Shown piece after piece: positions 10,855 through 23,174 of a stretch of 64,000 bases of DNA. This DNA comes from Gammaproteobacteria bacterium (lineage in GTDB: Bacteria; Pseudomonadota; Gammaproteobacteria; JAURND01). Position numbers and translations under genes: made by a program. The notes beneath the pieces were generated by a model. It saw only the letters and a program-made list of their open reading frames with translations. It ran no database searches and had not been told where the DNA came from. Where the stretch lies: NCBI GenBank assembly GCA_035546635.1, contig DASZWJ010000019.1, positions 229,386 to 293,385 of the forward strand, read 5' to 3'. Each line of letters starts with the position of its first letter. The first letter of the stretch is position 1.

Positions 10855-13362
10855 CTATTTTTTCTCATCAGAATCTTCAGGCCATTTAACTTTTACAGAA
10901 TCAGATTCTTGTGGCTTTGGTTCAGTCGGTTCGTGCTTTTCCTTTTCTGCAACCAAAGGCTCTTTAGCCGCTTGAGGCCGAATAATGACTGGCTCACTAC
11001 TTTGTTCCGCTGAAGTCACAGGCAGCGACGGCGATGTGGTTTCAGGCAATACTGGCACGGGTGGTTTTTCAACAGGAGCTTCAGTCGCAACTGGGGGTGC
11101 TGCGACGGGCTGGTCTGATTTTTGTGGTGGCTTTACCGGTGGCTGAGCTTGAGAGGATTTACCGCCTTTGAAGCGCTGGCTGTCACGATAATAGTCTTCA
11201 AGATCACTAGGGAAAGGTGGCAAATAATCAGGTAACTGCTCATCAGCCAACAATTTATGAGGGGTCGTTGTTGGCACTGCAGGCACATTTTCGGTAACAG
11301 GTGGGACGCCACTGGTTGTAACACTAGGTGTAGTATCTAGGTGAGTAGAGCCAGAAGTTGAACTAGATGCCGGTGATCCACTAGAGCGGCGGCGTCCGCC
11401 TCTTGTACCACGGCGGGAACGACCTTTAAATTCACCTTGGGGCGCTCCTGTTGGTGTTGTTGCTGTCGTTTCTTCTTTAGGTGTGGCAGGTATAGGCCTA
11501 GCTGTTTTTTTAGGTTCTCTACTACCAGCAGGTGGTCTATTCCCAGATGAAAATTTCTCATCACGCCTATGGGGTTTCCCTTGAGGAGGTCTAGCAGCTG
11601 GTCGTGGTTCTGGAGCAGAAGGAGTCGCAGGGATATTTGGTTTACCCACTTCTTCACCCTCTGCGCCAAATAAACTAGATATTAAACGCTTAATAATACC
11701 TGAAGGCGGTTTTTTGCTGGAAGGAGCAGGCTCTTCGGGTAAAATATGTTTTACTGCAGGTTTTTCCTCTATTTTGCCTGCCCCCGCTTGTGCTTGCGCT
11801 TTTTTCCCAGGATGTTGTTCTATTTCTGGTGTTTCCAGCAAATGGTAACTGGGTTTGAATTTACCGCTGCCAGAAGTTTCCTCTTCCGTCACGCGTTTAA
11901 TGCGGTATTTGGGTGACTCTAATTGCGGATTGGGAATAATGGTAATATTGATATTGCGTTGTCTTTCAATTGAAGTAAGGCTTTCGCGCTTTTCATTAAT
12001 AAGATAAGTGGCCACATCAATAGGCAGCTGTACTTGTAACTGTGCCGTATGGGGTTTCACTGCATCTTCTTCTATCATACGCAGTATAGACAGTCCCAAT
12101 GATTCTATGCCGCGGATAGTGCCCCAGCCGCTGCAGCGTGGGCATATCACTTGGGTTGCTTCACCGAGTGAATGGCGTAAACGTTGTCTTGACATCTCCA
12201 ATAAACCGAAACGCTGCGAAATGCTGCCGATCTGGGTGCGTGCTTTATCCAGTTTCAGTGCATTGCGCAAACAATTTTCCACTTCCCGTCGATGACGCAC
12301 TGAGGCCATATCGATAAAATCAATGACCACTAAACCGCCAATATCACGCAGCCGTAGCTGACATGCAATCTTTTCAGCTGCTTCCATATTGGTTCTAAGC
12401 GCAGTTTCTTCAATATCACCCCCTTTAGTGGAGCGTGCCGAATTGACATCAATTGCGACTAAAGCTTCAGTATGGTCGATGACAACAGAGCCACCCGATG
12501 GCAAACGGAGTTCACGTTGATGCGCTAATTCAATTTGATGCTCAATCTGATAGCGATTAAATAGAGGTACGTCGTGGGTATATAATTTAAGACAATGTAA
12601 GAAATCAGGACGAATTTGCTGTAGATAGTTTTTAATCTTTTCATGTAAGGTTGGATCATCAACGATGATGTCGAGTATATCCTGGCGCAGATAATCACGC
12701 ATCGTGCGGGGTACAATATCGCTTTCCTGATGAATCAAAAATGGTGGCGAACCTTCGGCGGCTGCTTTAGTAATCGCTTCCCATTGTTTCAGTAAGGTAT
12801 TGAGATCCCATTGCAGCTCAAGAGAAGTTTTACCAACTCCGGCAGTGCGGATAATGACACCCATGTCTTCAGGTAAGGGTAGGGCGCTTAATATTTCGCG
12901 TAACTCATCACGCTCCTCACCTTCTACCCGCCGGGAAATACCGCCCGCGCGTGGATTGTTGGGCATTAGTACTAAGTAGGAGCCGGCTAAGCTGATAAAA
13001 GTCGTTAAAGCAGCACCTTTATTGCCGCGCTCTTCTTTTTCTACTTGCACCATAATGGTGCTGCCTTCTTTGATAAGCTCCTTTATATTGAGCCGTTCGA
13101 GCTTTTTCGTATCAGTGGTGGTGAAATTTTCGCGGGCAATTTCTTTTAAGGGTAAAAAACCGTGGCGTTCGCTGCCAAAGTTGACAAATGCGGCGTCAAG
13201 ACTAGGCTCTACGCTACTAATCTTGCCAAGGTATATATTTCCGGTTTTGGTTTTGTAACTTTGACGCTCTACAATGAGGTCTATGAGGTTTTGAGTATCT
13301 ACATCTACGATAGCAACGCGCAATTCTTCTGATTGCGTTGCGTTAATCAGCATTCTTTTCAT
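10855..13362 (-). CDS. rne: ribonuclease E
   Basis: I trimmed the ORF to ATG 13362 (MKRMLINATQSEELRVAIVD). It has an S1 domain, DIGGLVVIDFIDM, the Zn-link CPRCSGWG, and a Pro/Arg/Ser-rich C-terminal scaffold. Confidence 0.93.
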   Translation of the reverse strand: MKRMLINATQSEELRVAIVDVDTQNLIDLIVERQSYKTKTGNIYLGKISSVEPSLDAAFVNFGSERHGFLPLKEIARENFTTTDTKKLERLNIKELIKEGSTIMVQVEKEERGNKGAALTTFISLAGSYLVLMPNNPRAGGISRRVEGEERDELREILSALPLPEDMGVIIRTAGVGKTSLELQWDLNTLLKQWEAITKAAAEGSPPFLIHQESDIVPRTMRDYLRQDILDIIVDDPTLHEKIKNYLQQIRPDFLHCLKLYTHDVPLFNRYQIEHQIELAHQRELRLPSGGSVVIDHTEALVAIDVNSARSTKGGDIEETALRTNMEAAEKIACQLRLRDIGGLVVIDFIDMASVRHRREVENCLRNALKLDKARTQIGSISQRFGLLEMSRQRLRHSLGEATQVICPRCSGWGTIRGIESLGLSILRMIEEDAVKPHTAQLQVQLPIDVATYLINEKRESLTSIERQRNINITIIPNPQLESPKYRIKRVTEEETSGSGKFKPSYHLLETPEIEQHPGKKAQAQAGAGKIEEKPAVKHILPEEPAPSSKKPPSGIIKRLISSLFGAEGEEVGKPNIPATPSAPEPRPAARPPQGKPHRRDEKFSSGNRPPAGSREPKKTARPIPATPKEETTATTPTGAPQGEFKGRSRRGTRGGRRRSSGSPASSSTSGSTHLDTTPSVTTSGVPPVTENVPAVPTTTPHKLLADEQLPDYLPPFPSDLEDYYRDSQRFKGGKSSQAQPPVKPPQKSDQPVAAPPVATEAPVEKPPVPVLPETTSPSLPVTSAEQSSEPVIIRPQAAKEPLVAEKEKHEPTEPKPQESDSVKVKWPEDSDEKK

Positions 13363-13632
13363 GTTAATCCATATTGTTGGTTTAGCGCGCTCAACCTTAA
13401 ATATCCAGTAACCATTCATGGATATTTGATAAGGGATCGCCCTATGGTTTTAATTTCTTAACCTCCAAACCAGAAAAAAAGCGTGCTATATTTTTTAAAT
13501 TATGCTGCTCTTTAACAGGGTTGGAGCCTAAAGTATTCTTTGGGTAACTGCTAAAACGCAGATTTACCTTGTTGGCTAAATGGTTTTGACCATATTCCCT
13601 TTCTTTACTGGCAAACCATGCACTAACGGTTT

Positions 13633-13661
13633 ACTATAACAAGCTTCTGTATAAATATCAA
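13633..13661 (-). promoter_or_regulatory. putative sigma70 promoter of rne, implying a leader of about 260 nt
   Basis: The minus strand reads TTGATA (13661-13656), a 17-nt spacer, then TATAGT (13638-13633). The rne start codon is at 13362. Confidence 0.4.
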
Positions 13662-13688
13662 ACTACCTGATTTATATCTAAAAAATAT

Positions 13689-14651
13689 GTGTCAATACAT
13701 CCTATGACAGACATCACACCCAATGTTCACTGGTTAATTGTTGAAAGCCACTCTGAAGGCCAGCGTATCGATAATTTTTTGTTTTCTCGGCTAAAGGGAG
13801 TCCCTAAGAGTCGTATTTATCGGGCGCTGCGTAATGGTGAATTCCGTGCCAATAAAAAAAGAATTACTGCGGATTACCGCCTGCATGCAGGCGACTCTAT
13901 CCGTATACCACCCTTACGCGTCGCTACCCGTGAAACACCAGCCAAACCAGCGGCAAACTTGATTAAATTACTGGCAGAAGCAGTCATTTATGAAGATAAA
14001 GACATCATTATAGTGAATAAACCCTCCGGTATTGCTGCGCATGGCGGCAGTGGCATTCATTTTGGTGTCATTGAATTGTTGCGACACCTACACCCCAAGT
14101 TAAAATTTTTGGAATTGGTGCATCGCTTAGACCGTGACACCACCGGCTGTTTGATGTTGGCGAAAAAACCTTCTATATTGAAAGAGTTGCATCAATTATT
14201 GGCTCATGGTCAAGTTGAAAAAACCTATTTGGCGTTAGTTGCGCACCCTTTTAACGGTAAAGAGCGCAGAATTAAGGCGGCTTTACAGAAAAATTTATTG
14301 CGCTCGGGTGAGCGGGTGGTTACGGTGAATGCTGAAGGCAAGCCAGCTGAAACCATTATTACGCCTCTTGAGGTTTTCACACATACGTCCCTGATTGCAG
14401 CGAAGCCTCTGACTGGACGCACTCACCAGATTCGCGTACATGCTGCGCATATTGGTCATAGTATTTTAGGCGATGAGAAGTACGGTGATCGCAAAATGGA
14501 TAAGGCTTTGGGGGTTAAACATTTATTGTTGCATGCAGCAGCATTGAAATTTGTGATGCCTACCTCTGGTAAAGCAATTGCTGTGTGTGCTTGTTTGGAT
14601 CAGCATTTTCAGGAGGTTCTAAAAAAAATGCGCGGCTTCTTACAGCCTTGA
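13689..14651 (+). CDS. rluC: 23S rRNA pseudouridine synthase RluC
   Basis: It has an S4-like N-terminus (QRIDNFLFSRLKGVPKSRIYRAL) and the catalytic motif HRLDRDTTGCLMLAK. It is divergent from rne, as in E. coli. The start could be GTG 13689 or ATG 13704. Confidence 0.88.
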   Translation: MSIHPMTDITPNVHWLIVESHSEGQRIDNFLFSRLKGVPKSRIYRALRNGEFRANKKRITADYRLHAGDSIRIPPLRVATRETPAKPAANLIKLLAEAVIYEDKDIIIVNKPSGIAAHGGSGIHFGVIELLRHLHPKLKFLELVHRLDRDTTGCLMLAKKPSILKELHQLLAHGQVEKTYLALVAHPFNGKERRIKAALQKNLLRSGERVVTVNAEGKPAETIITPLEVFTHTSLIAAKPLTGRTHQIRVHAAHIGHSILGDEKYGDRKMDKALGVKHLLLHAAALKFVMPTSGKAIAVCACLDQHFQEVLKKMRGFLQP

Positions 14652-14688
14652 CTTTTTTCCTTCTCCCCTTGTGGGAGAAGGAAAAAAG
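14652..14688. repeat. family A-like perfect palindrome immediately after the rluC stop
   Basis: cttttttccttctcccc ttgt gggagaaggaaaaaag has the same loop/core as family A. The stem differs but remains complementary. Confidence 0.75.
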
Positions 14689-14814
14689 CTAGGGCTGTAA
14701 GAGGAAAAAGTTAAGGCTGTAAGAGGCTATAAGAGATTGATGCCTACCCTAAAACATGGTTTAATGCCCTCCCTCAGCCTGGCTTTTGCCAGCATAATAT
14801 TATTTTAATTTTAC

Positions 14815-16743
<1,929 letters not shown>

Positions 16744-16750
16744 AACTACA

Positions 16751-17830
16751 ATGAAAGCAGGCATCATCGGCGCGGGTATCATGGGGCAGCTACTGGCACT
16801 AAACCTTTTAAACGCCGGTTGGGAAGTCACAGTATTCGATCGTAATGATGATATTAACTGTAGCATGGCCGCTGCTGGATTACTCACACCCGTTAGCGAA
16901 TTAGTAAAAAATGATTTAATTATCTTTGAGTTAGGAATAGAGGCCATTTCTCAGCATTGGCCATGGATTATTAATCAATTACAGCAGCCTATCTATTTTC
17001 AAAATCAAGGCAGCTTGTTGCTAGCGCATCCGCGGGATCAGGCTGAATTATCCTCTTTTATAAATATTATAAAAGATAAATTGCAGAATGTTCCTGATGC
17101 GCTGCAGCAACATATTAAAACGATCAAGCCATCAGAACTAGAACCTGATTTAACCAAAATTAATCATGGGTATTATTTTGCTACAGAAGGTTGTATAGAT
17201 AATCAGGTTTTCTTAAAAACATTGCAGCAGTATTTACTTAATCAGGTGATATGGCATAAAAATATCGAAGTAGAGAAAATAATTGCCGGAAGCATTATCG
17301 CAAAAAATATCAGCCAGTCTTTTGACATGGTATTCGATTGTCGCGGTCTTGCCGCCAAAAATCGTTTTGAGAATTTGCGTGGCGTAAGAGGTGAGTTGGC
17401 CTGGCTATGGGCGCCGGAAGTCAATATTCAACGTCCTATACGTTTATTACATCCACGCTATAGCTTATATATTGTACCGCGAGCCGATGCGACTTATATT
17501 TTAGGGGCAAGTGAGATTGAAGCAGAAGATCACAGCGCCATTTCAGTCAAAACGCTATTAGAATTATTAACTTCTGCTTACTGGTTACATTCGGGATTTT
17601 CCGAAGCGCGTTTAATTAAAACCGTAACCCATTGTCGTCCGACCTTGCCTGACCAATTGCCCAAAATAAAATACGGCAAGCAAATGATTGCAATCAATGG
17701 TCTTTACCGACATGGATTTTTAATAGCGCCAACATTAGCTGCTGACATCCTGTTATTTTTAAAATCAGGTTTATCTAAAGTCAATTATCCAAACTTATGG
17801 GAGCAGGCACATGATACAAGTGCTGTTTAA
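16751..17830 (+). CDS. thiO: FAD-dependent glycine oxidase ThiO
   Basis: I trimmed ORF 16625..17830 to ATG 16751 (MKAGIIGAGIMGQ, a GxGxxG FAD fold). It lies between thiC and thiS. Confidence 0.8.
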   Translation: MKAGIIGAGIMGQLLALNLLNAGWEVTVFDRNDDINCSMAAAGLLTPVSELVKNDLIIFELGIEAISQHWPWIINQLQQPIYFQNQGSLLLAHPRDQAELSSFINIIKDKLQNVPDALQQHIKTIKPSELEPDLTKINHGYYFATEGCIDNQVFLKTLQQYLLNQVIWHKNIEVEKIIAGSIIAKNISQSFDMVFDCRGLAAKNRFENLRGVRGELAWLWAPEVNIQRPIRLLHPRYSLYIVPRADATYILGASEIEAEDHSAISVKTLLELLTSAYWLHSGFSEARLIKTVTHCRPTLPDQLPKIKYGKQMIAINGLYRHGFLIAPTLAADILLFLKSGLSKVNYPNLWEQAHDTSAV

Positions 17831-18014
17831 TAACACACCACTACAAATCGAGGAAAATATTACATTAAGCACGATTCTAAAACAGCATGATTATCCAACT
17901 AACGGTATTGCCGTTATTCGCAATCAAAATTTAATTCCTTATTCACAATATGCGCAAACTGTGTTGCATGCGGATGATGTCATTGAAATTATATTACCGA
18001 TGCAGGGGGGATAA
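17811..18014 (+). CDS. thiS: sulfur carrier protein ThiS
   Basis: 67 aa ending in the Gly-Gly C-terminus (PMQGG), immediately upstream of thiG. Confidence 0.88.
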   Translation: MIQVLFNNTPLQIEENITLSTILKQHDYPTNGIAVIRNQNLIPYSQYAQTVLHADDVIEIILPMQGG

Positions 18015-18016
18015 AT

Positions 18017-18811
18017 TTGATGTGGAAGCTTGGCGGAAAAGAATTTAACAGTCGATTGATCTTAGGCACGGCCCAATATCCATCCCTGTCGATTATGCAA
18101 CAGGCTATAACCTATGCGCAGACGCAAATTATCACCGTCTCTTTACGCAGACAAGTCGCTAATGGTAGACCGAGTGATAATACTTTTTGGGAGCATATCA
18201 AAGATTTAAACTGCGAAATTTTACCCAATACCGCGGGTTGTCGCACTGTGAAAGAAGCGGTGATGATGGCAGAAATCTCCCGTGAATTATTTAATACACG
18301 TTGGATCAAACTAGAAGTGATTGGTGATGATTTTAGTTTACAACCCGACCCATTTGCATTGTTGGAAGCTGCTAAAGTTTTATTGAAAAATAATTTTGAG
18401 GTATTTCCTTATTGCACTGAAGATTTGGTGCTGTGCCAACGCTTGTTTGATGCGGGCTGCCAGGTTTTAATGCCGTGGGCTGCCCCTATAGGTTCTGCTA
18501 AGGGTTTATTAAATCCTTTTGCCTTGGAGGTATTACGCACCCGTATGCCTGATGCGACTTTGATTATTGATGCCGGAATCGGTAAACCTTCTCATGCTGT
18601 GCAGGCGATGGAGTTAGGATTTGATGGCGTATTGCTGGATACAGCGGTTGCTCATGCTAAAAATCCAGTGCAAATGGCGACAGCGTTTAAAGATGCAATC
18701 ATCGCCGGCCGAACTGCTTATGAAGCAGGAATGGTCGTCGAAAGAAATTGTGCTCACCCCAGCACGCCGTTACTGGATACGCCATTTTGGCATAGTGCCG
18801 TGGCTGGATAG
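18017..18811 (+). CDS. thiG: thiazole synthase ThiG
   Basis: 264 aa with [17 protein letters not shown] and IDAGIG blocks typical of ThiG. The start is TTG 18017 or ATG 18020. Confidence 0.92.
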   Translation: MMWKLGGKEFNSRLILGTAQYPSLSIMQQAITYAQTQIITVSLRRQVANGRPSDNTFWEHIKDLNCEILPNTAGCRTVKEAVMMAEISRELFNTRWIKLEVIGDDFSLQPDPFALLEAAKVLLKNNFEVFPYCTEDLVLCQRLFDAGCQVLMPWAAPIGSAKGLLNPFALEVLRTRMPDATLIIDAGIGKPSHAVQAMELGFDGVLLDTAVAHAKNPVQMATAFKDAIIAGRTAYEAGMVVERNCAHPSTPLLDTPFWHSAVAG

Positions 18812-18839
18812 AGGGCTGTAAGAAAAATGGAGAAACCCT

Positions 18840-20378
18840 ATGCAAAAACCCATCGCATGGACAATCGCCGGCTCCGATTCCGGTGGCGGTGCCGGCATTC
18901 AAGCTGACTTACATACCTTCCAAGCACTTGGTACTTATGGTTGTTCAGTGATTACTGCTGTGACAGCGCAAAATACCTTCTCTGTAACTGCTATTCATAA
19001 TGTGCCTGCTGAAAATGTTGCAGCGCAAATTGCCGCTTTAGCAGAGGATTTAAAGCCTAAAACGATCAAATTAGGCATGTTGGGTGAGTCTGCAGAACCT
19101 ATTGTGCACTTTTTAAAAGAATATTCTGGATCAGTCGTTTTAGACCCGGTGTTGATTTCCACTTCGGCGCACAACTTATTTAGCGATGACATTAACCAGC
19201 GCATTGGCATGATATTGCAAATGCTGCCCTTGGTGACTCTAGTTACTCCTAATATACCTGAAGCTGAAACAATATTAGGCCTGACAATTAATACCCATGC
19301 CGATATCATTAAAGCGGCACAAAAATTTTTATCGCTAGGTGTTCAAAGCGTCATTATCAAAGGCGGTCATATTAAACAAGATCTGTTTGCTCAGGATTAT
19401 TTTACCGATGGTAAAGAAGCTTTCTGGCTAGCTTGTTACCGAGACTTGAATGGAAATTATCATGGTACCGGTTGTACTTTTGCATCAGCCATTACCGCAG
19501 CACTTGCGACAGATTATAATTTATATGATGCTTTAGTCATTGCCAAAATGTATGTGACAGAAGGTATTTATAGTGCAAAAAAATATGGCGCAGGCGCTGA
19601 GCCCGTAATGCATAGTGCATGGTCTAATGAACAGCAGCAATTACCTTTTTTATCTCAAAAACCCCTAACAGAGACAGTTAAGCCATTTCCCGATTGTGGC
19701 GTTAATAAATTGGGACTCTATCCTATTGTTGATGCAGCTTCTTGGCTGACAAAACTTTTACCTTGTGGGGTAACAACCATTCAGCTGCGTGTCAAAAATA
19801 AAACGGGTACTGAATTAGAAAATGAAATTAAAGCTGCAATTGAAATCGCTAAGAAATACAGCGCCCGTTTGTTTATTAATGATTATTGGGAATTGGCAAT
19901 CGCTCATGGCGCTTATGGCGTACACTTGGGTCAGGAAGATCTAAGAACTGCGGATATTCCGCGAATTAAAAACGCAGGTTTACGTTTAGGTATCAGCACA
20001 CATAATTATTATGAACTGGCTATAGCGCATGCGCTTAGACCTTCTTACATTGCTCTAGGACCTATATATCCCACGACCTCCAAAGTGATGCCACACGCAC
20101 CTCAAGGAATTGCACGGCTTAAGCATTGGCGCAATATGCTAAACTATCCACTGGTAGCCATTGGCGGTATTGGTTTGCCACAATTTTCGGAAGTGTCAGC
20201 AGCCGGCGTTGATGGGATTGCTATGATATCAGCCATTACTCAAGCCGAAGAGCCTATAAAAACTACTCAACAAATGTTAGACTTGATTGCAGACCAACAG
20301 CGCTTTTTTCTTCTCCCTCAATGGGATAATGAAAAATATGCCATTAATTCCAATCATAACATGGAATCTAACCCATGA
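18840..20378 (+). CDS. thiDE: fused hydroxymethylpyrimidine/phosphomethylpyrimidine kinase and thiamine-phosphate synthase (ThiD-ThiE)
   Basis: The N-terminal half is ThiD-like (TIAGSDSGGGAGIQADL, GTGCTFASAI). The C-terminal half is ThiE-like (TTIQLRVKNK, GISTHN, VAIGGI). Confidence 0.88.
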   Translation: MQKPIAWTIAGSDSGGGAGIQADLHTFQALGTYGCSVITAVTAQNTFSVTAIHNVPAENVAAQIAALAEDLKPKTIKLGMLGESAEPIVHFLKEYSGSVVLDPVLISTSAHNLFSDDINQRIGMILQMLPLVTLVTPNIPEAETILGLTINTHADIIKAAQKFLSLGVQSVIIKGGHIKQDLFAQDYFTDGKEAFWLACYRDLNGNYHGTGCTFASAITAALATDYNLYDALVIAKMYVTEGIYSAKKYGAGAEPVMHSAWSNEQQQLPFLSQKPLTETVKPFPDCGVNKLGLYPIVDAASWLTKLLPCGVTTIQLRVKNKTGTELENEIKAAIEIAKKYSARLFINDYWELAIAHGAYGVHLGQEDLRTADIPRIKNAGLRLGISTHNYYELAIAHALRPSYIALGPIYPTTSKVMPHAPQGIARLKHWRNMLNYPLVAIGGIGLPQFSEVSAAGVDGIAMISAITQAEEPIKTTQQMLDLIADQQRFFLLPQWDNEKYAINSNHNMESNP

Positions 20379-20803
20379 AACAACTCCTATTTAAATCATT
20401 ATTTTTATTATGCCTAATATTTTCACTGACATCATATGCCTATATCAGATTAGAAAATATCAGCCATACAGAGTTTGAACCTTATACCCATGCAGAGGAT
20501 TTTCGTTGGATCACTGGGAAACTAAAATACCTTGGCGTAGAAGGTCCAACCTGGAGCATCATCTACGATCCTGAGCACAATAATAAATTTTTATTGCTGC
20601 GTGGAGAATATATTTTTCAGCCGCCGGAGAATTTTAAAGACGATGAAATGGTCGTTCTTCAGGGAAGAGTCAAGCATATGGAAATGAGTTCATTTATGAG
20701 TGGCGATTATTATGAGGTACTTAATATAGAATCACTGGATGAACATAACGCCAAAGCAAAACAAGAACTTGAAGAAATAAATAAAGGAAAAAAGAAGAAA
20801 TAG
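20375..20803 (+). CDS. hypothetical exported protein, translationally coupled to thiDE
   Basis: The start overlaps the thiDE stop (ATGA at 20375-20378). It has an N-terminal signal-like sequence (MKQLLFKSLFLLCLIFSLTSYA) and a Lys-rich tail. I recognised no family. Confidence 0.6.
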   Translation: MKQLLFKSLFLLCLIFSLTSYAYIRLENISHTEFEPYTHAEDFRWITGKLKYLGVEGPTWSIIYDPEHNNKFLLLRGEYIFQPPENFKDDEMVVLQGRVKHMEMSSFMSGDYYEVLNIESLDEHNAKAKQELEEINKGKKKK

Positions 20804-20808
20804 AAGTT

Positions 20809-21636
20809 TTATCTTAACGAAAATATAAAGTCATCGATTAACTTGCGGGACAAACTGAGTTTTTTGGGCAATTCCGGTAGTTGGTCAACGGAAAACCAGC
20901 CGGCATCTTCTATTTCAATATTATCAATAACAATTTCCCCACTTTCATATTCCGCAGTAAACGCCAGCATCAGATTGCTGGGAAATGGCCAGGGCTGTGA
21001 ACCAAAGTACTGAATATTTTTAATTTTTATGCCTACTTCCTCAAATACTTCTCTGACGACAGTCTGTTCGGCACTTTCACCAGGCTCCACAAAACCCGCA
21101 AGCACACTGTATATTCCTTTGGTAAAATGCGGAGAACGCGCCAAAAGTAATTGCTTTTGTCTATGGATACGTACCAAGATGACAGGGGCAACATGCGGAT
21201 AAAACACTGCATTGCAGTGTGAGCAAGTTTTAGCGCGTTCGGTAGTGCTCAATGTGGTTTCTTGACCACAATAACCGCAAAAGCGCGTACTTTTATCCCA
21301 TAATAGAATTTGTTTGGCACGAGAAGCTAATAAAAACAAATCCTCATTATCACTCAGCGCCTCATAAGATTGGCGAAGATGTTGGAATGCCATACTTTCT
21401 GGGGAAATACTATTTTCTGCAACTTCTGCCACAAAACAGTGGGTATTATCATAAACTCCTAGATAATGTTGGTGTAATATCTGTAAATCAAAAGCCGTGA
21501 TATCTATCAATTCGGGAATGGACATTTGGTTTTGTATTTTCTGGATGAGTATCTCTTCACCCTTAAACACAAACCATAAGGCAGGTGCTGCCAGCGTGGC
21601 GGGAGAATGTATGTGTGAGGTAAAAGGTTTTTTCAT
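20809..21636 (-). CDS. nudC: NADH pyrophosphatase NudC (Nudix hydrolase)
   Basis: It has the zinc ribbon CGYCGQ...CSHC followed by the Nudix box GFVEPGESAEQTVVREVFEEVGI and QPWPFP. Confidence 0.88.
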   Translation of the reverse strand: MKKPFTSHIHSPATLAAPALWFVFKGEEILIQKIQNQMSIPELIDITAFDLQILHQHYLGVYDNTHCFVAEVAENSISPESMAFQHLRQSYEALSDNEDLFLLASRAKQILLWDKSTRFCGYCGQETTLSTTERAKTCSHCNAVFYPHVAPVILVRIHRQKQLLLARSPHFTKGIYSVLAGFVEPGESAEQTVVREVFEEVGIKIKNIQYFGSQPWPFPSNLMLAFTAEYESGEIVIDNIEIEDAGWFSVDQLPELPKKLSLSRKLIDDFIFSLR

Positions 21637-21687
21637 AGGTTAAACTCGGTGTCTCACCCCCTTTGAAAAAGAAGGTGAAAACAGTAT

Positions 21688-23142
21688 TTATTCAACAACA
21701 TTGCTTAAAAAAGCATCTTTCATTGTGATAGCTAAATTTCGAATATAAGCTTCTAAGCCAGATAACAACTTTTGCTGGCAATTATTCAGCTCTCTTTCTT
21801 GGTATAAATTATGGATAATCTCTAATGCCCCATGAGGTGTCAAACACTTTTCCCCGCGATAATCAACTCGCGCTGCTGCATTAGACGAATAATTCGATAT
21901 TAGATACGCTTTAAATTGTTGCGCTAACTCCGGTGTCAAAAGTTCTGAATAATGCCGGCCTAATATACGCAACATGAGTTGAGATAGGGTAGGGTTAGAA
22001 AATTGCGCAGCAAACTGTATCTTCTTTTCCGGGATAGCATGGTGAAAAAACTGGCATAATTGCTCTTCTTGCTGAGTCAAAAAGCCATTATCATAGAGTG
22101 CTGCATTGGCATCAATACTAGGGATTTTAGGATAAGTATATTCTTTATGATAGTGCATGATATCTTGCAACGCTTGTGGGTTGTTATGCAACCACTGCAA
22201 ATTATCCTGCATAGTTTTCAGGCGTTCAGCTGTGAGGTGTTGGGTAAAACGTGAAGATAGTGGCAATAACAAACCCGGTTCAGCGATTTTTTTGCGCGCA
22301 ACCCAACTGTTTTGGGCAACGGTATCGGAAGTGACATTAATTAATTCTGATTTATCTAGTCGCAACCATAAGCTCTGATTTTTATAATGATTATGCTGAC
22401 CCAATGATAACACCGGAAATTGATACAAATCTTTAGCGCCGCATTCACCAACCATTAAACCCAGATAATGTTGTTGACCATTACCACTAGTCCAAGCAGG
22501 TAATTGCTTAACGCGATGACTATCAATTTTTTTATCATAATAACCCATTGCGTAATGCCACATTTCTGCATCGCGAGCAAATAGGCGTGCAAGTCCCAAA
22601 GTAGCTTCTACATCCACCATGGCATTATGTGCTGCACCTTTTGCCAGTTGATTGGCTGAATTGAGATACTCCAATTTCAGCGTGGGTTTATCATCCAGCA
22701 TTGGCCAATTTAATGCGGTGTTTTTAAATAAATAATAAAGTGTAGCTAAGGGGTAGAGATCAAAGCGACCACATTCATTAGCCCATTGATGGGTATAAGC
22801 AGGTAATAAATTACGATAAAAGGAAAAGCGCAGAAATTCATCATCAAATCCTAAGGTGTTGTATCCGCCGCTTTGAGTTCCTGGCGTATTGAATAGGGTA
22901 TAGATTTTTTCCATTGCAGCAATTTCGGAGCTGCCCTGTAACATAGTTTCGATGGGAATATTATGGATGAGTATCGCTTCTGGGTCAGGAATGACATCGC
23001 AATTGAGTTTTACTGGTATTTCATAGCGTTCCAATTCGTTTAAATCTAAATCTGTGCGAATGGCTGCAAATTGTAGGACTTGGTCAAAACATTTATTTCG
23101 ACCTGTGGTTTCTAGGTCGTAAAATAGATAGGTTTTGGGCAT
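21688..23142 (-). CDS. sbcB: exodeoxyribonuclease I
   Basis: It has the DEDDh Exo I motif YLFYDLETTG and GYNTLGFDDEFLR, with a length consistent with ExoI. I prefer ATG 23142. The track's TTG 23178 would overlap the trpS stop. Confidence 0.85.
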   Translation of the reverse strand: MPKTYLFYDLETTGRNKCFDQVLQFAAIRTDLDLNELERYEIPVKLNCDVIPDPEAILIHNIPIETMLQGSSEIAAMEKIYTLFNTPGTQSGGYNTLGFDDEFLRFSFYRNLLPAYTHQWANECGRFDLYPLATLYYLFKNTALNWPMLDDKPTLKLEYLNSANQLAKGAAHNAMVDVEATLGLARLFARDAEMWHYAMGYYDKKIDSHRVKQLPAWTSGNGQQHYLGLMVGECGAKDLYQFPVLSLGQHNHYKNQSLWLRLDKSELINVTSDTVAQNSWVARKKIAEPGLLLPLSSRFTQHLTAERLKTMQDNLQWLHNNPQALQDIMHYHKEYTYPKIPSIDANAALYDNGFLTQQEEQLCQFFHHAIPEKKIQFAAQFSNPTLSQLMLRILGRHYSELLTPELAQQFKAYLISNYSSNAAARVDYRGEKCLTPHGALEIIHNLYQERELNNCQQKLLSGLEAYIRNLAITMKDAFLSNVVE

Positions 23143-23174
23143 GTGTAGGGAATCCTTTGGTATGCTATGTGTTT

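Noticed and set aside
10783-11013. A 76-aa ORF overlapping the 3' ends of the poly-Ser gene and rne.
   Set aside because: It overlaps two better-supported convergent genes. Its hydrophobic, low-complexity translation comes from the reverse frame of the rne C-terminal repeats.
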